This document shows, in pieces, positions 56,720 through 64,000 of a stretch of DNA of 64,000 bases. This DNA is from Bacteroidales bacterium (GTDB lineage Bacteria; Bacteroidota; Bacteroidia; Bacteroidales; UBA4417). The notes under the pieces are model-generated. The model had not been told where the DNA came from and did no database searches. It saw nothing but the letters and a program-made list of their open reading frames with translations. The number at the start of each line of letters is the position of its first letter. Within the stretch, counting starts at the first letter, position 1. Location: the NCBI GenBank assembly GCA_016707705.1, contig JADJHD010000020.1, positions 8,918-72,917 on the forward strand, written 5' to 3'. The position numbers and the translations under genes were made by a program.

Positions 56720-58132
56720 ATGAAACAGTTAAAAATCCTGGTAATTGATGATGAGAAGCTGATTCGCTGGTCACTCGAAAAACATTTGAGTGCAAAGGGA
56801 TACCAGGCAATTGGAGCGGAATCAGGTGAAGAAGGAATTAAAATATTTGAGCAGAATCATCCTGAAATAGTTCTGGTGGATAATAAATTACCTGGAATTC
56901 AAGGACTTGAAGTAATAAAAAAAATCAAGTCCCTTGATGAAGAGGCTGTTATAGTATTCATGACAGCATATGGTTCCATTGAGACAGCAGTAGAAGCAAT
57001 GAAATCAGGAGCTACTGAATATATCAACAAGCCCTTTGCCTTTGAGGAGGTTGAAGTCATCCTTGATAACATCAAGAACAAGCTAAAGATAATCAAGGAA
57101 ATACAAGTTCTAAAGAGACAACAAAAAGACATAGTAACCTTTGATCACATTATTGGAGAATCAGTTCAGTTTAAGCAAATTGTACACTTAGCCCGAAAAA
57201 TTGCCCGGACTAAAACAACAACGATACTTCTTTTAGGTGAAAGTGGAACCGGAAAGGATATGTTTGCCCATGCTATTCACAATGACAGCACCAGACATGA
57301 TAAGCCATTCATAACAATAAACTGTTCTTCATTACCGGAAACTCTCCTTGAAAGCGAACTGTTCGGACATGAAAAAGGAGCTTTTACAGATGCAAAGCAA
57401 ATGAAAAAGGGATTGTTTGAACTTGCTGAAGGAGGGACTGTATTTCTGGATGAAATTGGTGAAATAAATGCTGCAACACAGATAAAATTGCTTGGTGTGC
57501 TGGAAAACAGGGTAGTAAGACGAATAGGAGGCACCCAGAGTATTCCTGTGGATATACGAATCATCGCCGCAACCAACCGGGATCTGAAAAGAGCAATTGA
57601 TGATAAGTCCTTCAGAGAGGATCTCTATTACAGGCTAAAAGTCTTCCAGATTATCCTGCCACCTCTTCGTGAGAGACGTGATGATATTCCATTAATAGCA
57701 AACCATTTCATTACCCATTACAATAGCCAGTTCCAGAAGAATGTGAGCCATCTGAATGAAGGTGTCCGGGCTATGTTTCTTGAGTATAACTGGCCAGGAA
57801 ACATAAGAGAACTCCGGAACGTAATTGAAAGGGCTGTGATTTTGGAAACTATGACTAGCTTACAACCAGATAACCTTCCAAATGAGATGATTGGAAAAAT
57901 CGAGCAAGCCGATAATTCATCAAAAGAAAATTACACCCAAGGCAACATAGGAACTTCAGGATCAATTGTTGAATTTAATATTCCAAATGAAGGTTTTTCA
58001 TTATATGAAATTGAAAAACAACTCATTATTCATGCTTTGAAAAAATCTGACAATAACCAGACACGGACTTCAAAGATGCTGGGAATTTCAAGAGACACAT
58101 TACGATATAAAATGAAAAAATATAAACTTTAA
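56720..58132 (+). CDS. Sigma-54-dependent response regulator (NtrC family enhancer-binding protein)
   Basis: Receiver domain (VLVDNKLPG), AAA+ domain with GESGTGKD, the GAFTDA variant of GAFTGA, and ESELFGHEKG. A C-terminal Fis-type HTH is present (QTRTSKMLGISRDTLRYKMKKY). Confidence 0.9.
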   Translation: MKQLKILVIDDEKLIRWSLEKHLSAKGYQAIGAESGEEGIKIFEQNHPEIVLVDNKLPGIQGLEVIKKIKSLDEEAVIVFMTAYGSIETAVEAMKSGATEYINKPFAFEEVEVILDNIKNKLKIIKEIQVLKRQQKDIVTFDHIIGESVQFKQIVHLARKIARTKTTTILLLGESGTGKDMFAHAIHNDSTRHDKPFITINCSSLPETLLESELFGHEKGAFTDAKQMKKGLFELAEGGTVFLDEIGEINAATQIKLLGVLENRVVRRIGGTQSIPVDIRIIAATNRDLKRAIDDKSFREDLYYRLKVFQIILPPLRERRDDIPLIANHFITHYNSQFQKNVSHLNEGVRAMFLEYNWPGNIRELRNVIERAVILETMTSLQPDNLPNEMIGKIEQADNSSKENYTQGNIGTSGSIVEFNIPNEGFSLYEIEKQLIIHALKKSDNNQTRTSKMLGISRDTLRYKMKKYKL

Positions 58133-58448
58133 ACACCCTGGGTTATTTCACCCACAATCAATTGGGTCATATAGCCCAGTCTTTATCCATTTTTTTAAGG
58201 GAATCTGCAGAATAATCTTCAAACAGGGTCCAATAACTTTATAAAAGCAATTGCGAATAACCTCTGAAACACCTATTGGCAAAAGAAAAATGCTGAAACG
58301 CCTTTTTCTGCTTTCAAATTCTATTCAAGTCAAAGGTCAAATGCAGCTTTAAAGGCAACAGTCAAAAAACAGCTAATTTTATTTGAACGCTACATACAAT
58401 GTACGTATATAAACCATAAGAACTTAATTGTTAATCACATACATTTTG

Positions 58449-58463
58449 TGGCATATAATTTGA
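58449..58463 (+). promoter_or_regulatory. Sigma-54-like -24/-12 element TGGCAT-N5-TTGA upstream of the tetrahaem gene
   Basis: TGGCATATAATTTGA has correct spacing and lies 47 nt upstream of the ATG at 58510. It sits directly downstream of the sigma-54 activator gene. Confidence 0.4.
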
Positions 58464-58509
58464 AAACAGCAGGCAACAACGCTAGTATCTCTCCTAAAAA
58501 CCTCACACA

Positions 58510-59130
58510 ATGAAAAAAATTAATTGCCTCTTACTCGTTATTGCTTTCGCAACTCTGTCACAATTTGGGTTTGCACAGATTGCAGGAACAGGACATGACT
58601 TTTCAGGTCAGAGCTGGAACACTACAACTGAAATCTGCATTGTTTGCCACACTCCGCACAATGCTGACAATACAGTTGCAAATGCTCCCCTTTGGAATCA
58701 CAGCCTTTCAAATGTTGCTGCCTACTCAATTTATTCAGGTGCAACAATGAATGCAACTGTTGGTCAACCTGATGGAAGTTCAAAACTCTGTCTCAGCTGC
58801 CATGACGGAACTGTAGCTCTTGAAAACTTTGGTGGTGTTACCACCGGAACCAACCCCATGACTGGTAATGCCAATATGGGAACCGATTTAAGCAATGACC
58901 ATCCTGTTTCATTTACCTATGATGCAGCTTTGGCTTCAACTGATGGTGGATTGTTCAATCCAACCACTACTCAGTCAGGTTTGGGTGGAACCATCACAAA
59001 CACCATGCTTATCTCTGGCAAGATGCAATGTTCATCATGCCATGATGTGCACAATAGCGCCAATATCAACGGCCTGCTGCTGAAATCAAACTCAGCCAGC
59101 GCACTTTGCCTTACCTGCCATAACAAGTAA
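58510..59130 (+). CDS. Small secreted tetrahaem c-type cytochrome
   Basis: Has a signal peptide and 4 CxxCH motifs (CIVCHTPHN, CLSCHDG, CSSCHDVHN, CLTCHNK-stop); 206 aa. Confidence 0.88.
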   Translation: MKKINCLLLVIAFATLSQFGFAQIAGTGHDFSGQSWNTTTEICIVCHTPHNADNTVANAPLWNHSLSNVAAYSIYSGATMNATVGQPDGSSKLCLSCHDGTVALENFGGVTTGTNPMTGNANMGTDLSNDHPVSFTYDAALASTDGGLFNPTTTQSGLGGTITNTMLISGKMQCSSCHDVHNSANINGLLLKSNSASALCLTCHNK

Positions 59131-59152
59131 GCTAAGCTTTAAAAAAATCTTT

Positions 59153-59182
59153 AAAAGGGCGAAGTTTCCTTCGCCCTTTTTT
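59153..59182 (+). terminator. Strong rho-independent terminator after the tetrahaem gene
   Basis: GGGCGAAG-TTTC-CTTCGCCC stem-loop flanked by AAAA and TTTTTT. Confidence 0.85.
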
Positions 59183-59254
59183 ACGATGACAATACCTGGT
59201 CATCATTCAATCGGAATGCTCATTGTTTAGGTTCCGCTCCAATCCAAGGAAAAC

Positions 59255-60376
59255 ATGCTCAGAATACTGATCCCTGCTTTAATTGCTGCCATTTTTCTTC
59301 AATCCTGCGCCAAAAAAGTCATTACGGGGCAGGATAGTTTAGTTATTTATCCTTCCCCTCCCGACACTGCAAGGATTCAATTCCTGACCAGGATCAGCAG
59401 CTCTCATGATGTTACAGGTGACCGGAATCCATTTTCTAGGTTAATTCTTGGAGAGGATGAGGATATCGCCATCAATAAACCATATGGTGTTGCAGTGTCT
59501 GGCGATAAGATCTTTATCTGTGATACTTTCATTCATGGACTGGACGTAATTGACATGAAGGATAATTCCTTCGAACAATTCATTCCAACAGGAAAGGGTG
59601 AACTAAAGCAACCTATCAATTGTACAGTGGATAGTCTGGGAAATGTTTACGTAGCAGACTCAGAACGCAAGCAGGTAGTTATTTTTGACAATGAAGGCAA
59701 TTATACTGGAAGCTTCGGAGACCCTGAATCCTTTAAACCTGTTGACGTTGCCGTTAAATATGGCAAAATATGGGTTACCAATCTGGCACAGCATCAGGTA
59801 ATGGTCTTCAGTTGTGATTCTTCACATGAATTACTGTCGGTTTGGCCGGAATTTGATAAATCAAACCCTTCCAGCCTGTTCTCCCCAACAAACCTGTATA
59901 TTTCTGACAACAAGGTTTATGTCACTGACTTTGGGGACTTCAAGATTAAGGAATATACCCTTGACGGTGAATTTATTACTTCATTAGGTACTTACGGACA
60001 AAATCCGGGGCAGTTCGTTCGTCCAAAGGGACTCGCAGTTGATAAGGATGAAAATCTGTACGTAGTTGATGCCGGATTTGAGAATGTTCAGATATTCAAT
60101 CCGGATGGAAAACTACTGATGTTCTTCGGAGGTAATTATAAAGGCCCCGGTGATATGTGGCTTCCGGCAAAAGTGACTGTTGATTACAATCATACTGCCT
60201 ATTTTGAAAAATATGTGGATCCATCCTACCATCTGAAGTATGTTATCCTTGTTTCAAATCAATTCGGCCCCGATAAGTTAAATATCTATGGAGCGATTGA
60301 ACCGGTTCGTCCCGGCCAAAAAGGTGGTTTGAGGAATCTTGAAAAAAAAGGTAAAAGAAAGCCTCCTATGTTCTGA
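59255..60376 (+). CDS. NHL-repeat / six-bladed beta-propeller lipoprotein
   Basis: Lipobox FLQSC. It carries NHL-like units (PYGVAVSGDKIFICD, GNVYVADSERKQVVIFDNEG, RPKGLAVDKDENLYVVDAGFENVQIFNPDG). Confidence 0.75.
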   Translation: MLRILIPALIAAIFLQSCAKKVITGQDSLVIYPSPPDTARIQFLTRISSSHDVTGDRNPFSRLILGEDEDIAINKPYGVAVSGDKIFICDTFIHGLDVIDMKDNSFEQFIPTGKGELKQPINCTVDSLGNVYVADSERKQVVIFDNEGNYTGSFGDPESFKPVDVAVKYGKIWVTNLAQHQVMVFSCDSSHELLSVWPEFDKSNPSSLFSPTNLYISDNKVYVTDFGDFKIKEYTLDGEFITSLGTYGQNPGQFVRPKGLAVDKDENLYVVDAGFENVQIFNPDGKLLMFFGGNYKGPGDMWLPAKVTVDYNHTAYFEKYVDPSYHLKYVILVSNQFGPDKLNIYGAIEPVRPGQKGGLRNLEKKGKRKPPMF

Positions 60377-60412
60377 TTACAGTCTCTGCCATAAAACTCA
60401 CAATACACTACA

Positions 60413-61000
60413 ATGACCTGTAACAACTATTTCCATCACAAACAACTGCACAGATTCCTTTTGATTCTGATGGCCGGGATAATTGTGTTTGGAGTTACAG
60501 CATGTTCTTCATCCTATAAACATAAAGTATTATCATTCTTTTTCGATGGGGTGCCTGAAGTTTCAAGCTCTGAAACTCCTGTAGCTGCATCCGAAACAAA
60601 AGTAGATTCCTCAATTATTGCAACTCCATCCCTTGCAGCAGTAGCAATGAATGTACACCCTCCGTATCAGGATAAACAATGCCATTCATGCCATGATCCC
60701 GGGAAAATGGGCAAACTGATTATAGCCCAGCCGATGGTTTGCTATGCATGCCATGATGACTTCTCAAAAAAATACAAAAACACTCACGGTCCTGTTGAAG
60801 GCGGACAATGTACCATGTGCCATCAGCCACATCAGTCAGGGAATGAGCATCTCCTCACCCGCAAGGGTTCACTTGTTTGCCAGTATTGTCATGAATCTGA
60901 TGACCTGAGTACTATCAGTGAACATCAGGATCCTGAGAATTCTTCCTGTATGACCTGCCATGACCCACATGGAGGCGATAATCCTTATTTTATCAAATAA
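60413..61000 (+). CDS. Pentahaem c-type cytochrome lipoprotein
   Basis: Lipobox GVTAC, a Ser/Thr/Ala-rich linker and 5 CxxCH motifs; 195 aa. Confidence 0.85.
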   Translation: MTCNNYFHHKQLHRFLLILMAGIIVFGVTACSSSYKHKVLSFFFDGVPEVSSSETPVAASETKVDSSIIATPSLAAVAMNVHPPYQDKQCHSCHDPGKMGKLIIAQPMVCYACHDDFSKKYKNTHGPVEGGQCTMCHQPHQSGNEHLLTRKGSLVCQYCHESDDLSTISEHQDPENSSCMTCHDPHGGDNPYFIK

Positions 61001-61002
61001 CC

Positions 61003-62988
61003 ATGAACAGGGCATTCCGACATATAATCGTATTGTTGGCCTTGTGCATTTCCGGCCTGCATGCTTCTGCATATTATGGCAAGTATGGTAAGTCGAAGCA
61101 GAAGCAGTTCTATTTCTGTAAGCTTGACTATCTTACCGGAGAAGTGCGATTCTCGAGTCTCTATCGGGAACAGGAAAGAATTGGTATCAGTATAAATGAA
61201 CACCAGAACAGTAAGTATTTTTCAGGAGGGCTGGTAATCCGATCGAGCAGTTCGATAATCCATAAAAACTTTCTGGTGCTGGACCTTGATGCAGCCTACC
61301 TGCCTGAATCCAATAAGGACAACTTTTTAGTCATACCAGACCAGTCAGAGGTTCGATCAACTAAAAAGCTTGACCTCACAGCATCCTTCTTCAAGGAAAA
61401 AGACTTCAACCTTAGTTTATTCGGCAACTACGATGAAAGCTATTCCACCCGCGAAAACCTGACCAATATACGCACCAATAACCAGCACCTGGGGGCATCA
61501 ATGGGTTATAACAACCTTTTTGTTCCGTTCAGGCTTGATGTTCATCAGCGTTTCTGGAATGAAGAAGAAATTGGTGGAAGCCGATCATACAAATTTGACC
61601 AGTTCTCAGTCGGCGCCACTTTTAACAAATCCTTCAGGCAGTCCGACCGTTCCGAACTAAGACTCAACCACGACAGGAATATCAGCATCAATCAGTATCA
61701 ATTCAGAATTGCCAATACTTTGAATACTCTGGATTTCCACAACTCCATACACCTCGACAAGGGCCAGAGATACAATCTTATAACAAGTGTCAATGGAATC
61801 GATCAATTCGGGAATCTTAACATGCGCAGGATTCAAGCCATGGAATTGTTGAATTTCAAGCTGTCAGAAAATCTGAATTTCCTCACAAATTACACATTCC
61901 AGTCTACACGTCAGGATTCAGCAAGGCTAAAGCAGAATGGTTTCAGTACAACCCTTCAGCATACACTCTTCAGCAGTCTGCGTACTTCAATTCATTTCGA
62001 CTATGACAGATTGAAACATACCGCTTTCAGGGAAGTAAACAGAAAAACCGGAATCGAATTGAACTATACCAAGAAAATTCCCGGAGGCCATCTTAACATT
62101 GTATACAAACTTGATACCTACAGGCAGGATCACACATCCGGTTCGATTGATCTTAGAACTCTTGGTGAAGAATACACCCTCTCAGATAACCGGATTACAT
62201 TGTTGAAACTTCCTTATATTATTCTTAGTTCTGTTGTTGTCAGGGATATTTCCGGAACATTAATTTATGAAGCCGGACTTGATTATATGCTCATCCAGCA
62301 AAATACCTTTATCGAAATCAGGCGAATTCCGGGCGGTGCTATTCCGAATGAGGGAATTGTTCTGGTGGATTACACTGCTACCCGACCCGGAGATTACAGG
62401 TATGATGCAATTACCAATGCAGTTAATGTAAACCTGTATCTGTTTAAAAACCATCTGTCAGTCTATTACAGGTTCTCGAATCAGGATTACTTCGGACTTC
62501 ATACCACTGATTTTGTGACCCTGAATTACTTTACACAGAACATGGCCGGACTTAGGCTTGATTTAGGTGTTGTAAGTTTGGGAGCGGAGCATGAAGACTA
62601 TCAAAGCTCAATTCTCCCCTACCGCATGACACGTTATTATGTAAACTATCAGCAAAACCTTGGTGAACGGCTAATATTGCTCCTGAATGGAAATTTGCAG
62701 GATTATGTAATGCTAAATGATGACGAATCAAGAAATCAACGATATATTGATGTATCCGGCAAGGTATCCTACAATGTTTTCCGCCAGACCAATCTGAATA
62801 TGGATATTATGTACAGGAACCAATCCGGAAGGGGAATTGACCTTGACTTGTTTACTGGCCGCGCCGAGGTAACCTCTACTATAAACAGGCTATACCTTGC
62901 GGGTGGTGTGGAAGTTTACAGACGAAATTACATTGGTGAAAAAATCAATTTCAAGGGAGCCTATATCAAGCTTATCCGTAAATTCTGA
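61003..62988 (+). CDS. Predicted outer-membrane beta-barrel protein (porin-like partner)
   Basis: Has a signal peptide, pervasive amphipathic beta-strand patterns and no Cys-haem motifs. The C-terminus ...YIKLIRKF ends in Phe. It is separated from both flanking cytochrome genes by 2 nt. Confidence 0.65.
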   Translation: MNRAFRHIIVLLALCISGLHASAYYGKYGKSKQKQFYFCKLDYLTGEVRFSSLYREQERIGISINEHQNSKYFSGGLVIRSSSSIIHKNFLVLDLDAAYLPESNKDNFLVIPDQSEVRSTKKLDLTASFFKEKDFNLSLFGNYDESYSTRENLTNIRTNNQHLGASMGYNNLFVPFRLDVHQRFWNEEEIGGSRSYKFDQFSVGATFNKSFRQSDRSELRLNHDRNISINQYQFRIANTLNTLDFHNSIHLDKGQRYNLITSVNGIDQFGNLNMRRIQAMELLNFKLSENLNFLTNYTFQSTRQDSARLKQNGFSTTLQHTLFSSLRTSIHFDYDRLKHTAFREVNRKTGIELNYTKKIPGGHLNIVYKLDTYRQDHTSGSIDLRTLGEEYTLSDNRITLLKLPYIILSSVVVRDISGTLIYEAGLDYMLIQQNTFIEIRRIPGGAIPNEGIVLVDYTATRPGDYRYDAITNAVNVNLYLFKNHLSVYYRFSNQDYFGLHTTDFVTLNYFTQNMAGLRLDLGVVSLGAEHEDYQSSILPYRMTRYYVNYQQNLGERLILLLNGNLQDYVMLNDDESRNQRYIDVSGKVSYNVFRQTNLNMDIMYRNQSGRGIDLDLFTGRAEVTSTINRLYLAGGVEVYRRNYIGEKINFKGAYIKLIRKF

Positions 62989-62990
62989 CC

Positions 62991-63908
62991 ATGAACAACT
63001 CTTCATTTCTATATATCCTCCTGCCTTTCCTTTCTCTTCTGATGTTTTGGGAAAGCAGCAGGCTGCCTGAAAATGAATCTGGCAGAAATCCGATCAGCGC
63101 ACCCACCCAGTGCATAGATTGCCACAGTGATCTGATTGAAAGCCCCAATCAGCATAAACCTGCCGCTGAATCCTGTGGAAAATGCCACACCGTTGACTTT
63201 GTAGCTCACACCGAAAATGGTGCAAGAGGTCTTAATCTGAATTTTGAAATGCCTTTTCTTTGCCTTAATTGTCATGAGGATACCAAACAGAGCATCGAAA
63301 CAGTAAAGACACCTCACCTTGCTCTAAATACTGAAAAGAAATGTGCCAACTGCCATTCCCCCCATTCATCCGATCAAAAAGCCCTTCTGGTCTCTGAAGA
63401 GAAAAAACTATGCCTTTCCTGCCACAACAAAGATGTCACACTCGAAGGCAAACCTGCCGTAAACATCAAGAAACTGTTGTCAGTCAGCAAGGTAGTTCAC
63501 CCACCTGTTGAAAAAGGATGCAAGGTATGTCATCAGCCTCATGGTTCCGATAATAATTACCTGCTGATCAGTGCTTTTCCACGGACAAAATATCTGCCTG
63601 CTGTTCAGGACTCCTTTGCCTTTTGCTGGGAATGCCACGACAGCGATCTGCTCTCACTAGAAAAGACAACCACCTCCACTAATTTCAGGGATGGAGACCG
63701 CAACCTGCATTTTGTGCATATGAATGGAAAAAGGTCAAGATCATGCATAATGTGCCATAACGTACATGCAGCTCCCAATGAACATCTTATTGAGGATAAG
63801 GTTAAGTACGGCAAATGGGAACTGCCGATTAAATACACTGCAAATGAAAAGGGTGGTTCATGTTTCCCTGGATGCCATTCAGCAAAGCAATACAGCAGAC
63901 CTGAATGA
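62991..63908 (+). CDS. Multihaem c-type cytochrome, 9 sites (8 CxxCH + 1 CxxxCH)
   Basis: Hydrophobic N-terminus. Motifs are CIDCH, CGKCH, CLNCH, CANCH, CLSCH, CKVCH, CWECH, CIMCH and CFPGCH; 305 aa. Confidence 0.88.
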   Translation: MNNSSFLYILLPFLSLLMFWESSRLPENESGRNPISAPTQCIDCHSDLIESPNQHKPAAESCGKCHTVDFVAHTENGARGLNLNFEMPFLCLNCHEDTKQSIETVKTPHLALNTEKKCANCHSPHSSDQKALLVSEEKKLCLSCHNKDVTLEGKPAVNIKKLLSVSKVVHPPVEKGCKVCHQPHGSDNNYLLISAFPRTKYLPAVQDSFAFCWECHDSDLLSLEKTTTSTNFRDGDRNLHFVHMNGKRSRSCIMCHNVHAAPNEHLIEDKVKYGKWELPIKYTANEKGGSCFPGCHSAKQYSRPE

Positions 63909-64000
63909 AATTGAATCATTTTATAATTGAACAAGGCTTTTATAATCCTGTTTTATTTTAACTCGTTAACCCAGAATGTAGAACAAAATGCTGATTCCCG

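Overview
The window looks like a chromosomal segment from a Bacteroidota / FCB-group bacterium. Support: several proteins end in T9SS-type C-terminal sorting domains, there is a SusC/SusD pair under ECF-sigma/FecR control, TAnnTTTG -7 boxes sit upstream of many genes, and AT content is moderate. No mobile elements, CRISPR arrays or defence genes were seen.

Layout:
- 1-22.4 kb: housekeeping genes (rluA-family, panB, dnaK, trmH-family, mutS, tRNA-Gly, tRNA-Leu, a DEAD-box helicase) interleaved with secreted and outer-membrane proteins.
- 22.7-38.4 kb: a sigma/anti-sigma-controlled polysaccharide utilisation locus. It holds SusC/SusD, two T9SS cargo proteins built from a repeated LamG-like module, GH16, a DUF5009-like acyltransferase and an esterase.
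- 38.5-63.9 kb: the standout region, with two multihaem c-type cytochrome clusters. Six cytochromes carry 87 haem-binding motifs by my count (37, 20, 12, 4, 5 and 9). They sit with two OM beta-barrel candidates, two NHL beta-propellers, a membrane-anchored FeS-flavoprotein, a His-rich polytopic membrane protein, and a sensor kinase with a periplasmic CxxCH next to a sigma-54 activator. A metal-handling cassette (His-rich protein, CDF transporter, cytochrome b) separates the two clusters.

I read these clusters as candidate extracellular or trans-envelope electron-transfer machinery. The gene content resembles Geobacter/Shewanella porin-cytochrome systems, but the architecture differs and the host lineage is unusual.

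Three genes, including dnaK, are broken by single-nucleotide frameshifts at short homopolymers. This most likely reflects indel errors in the assembly. All functional calls come from motif reading of the supplied translations; no searches were run.
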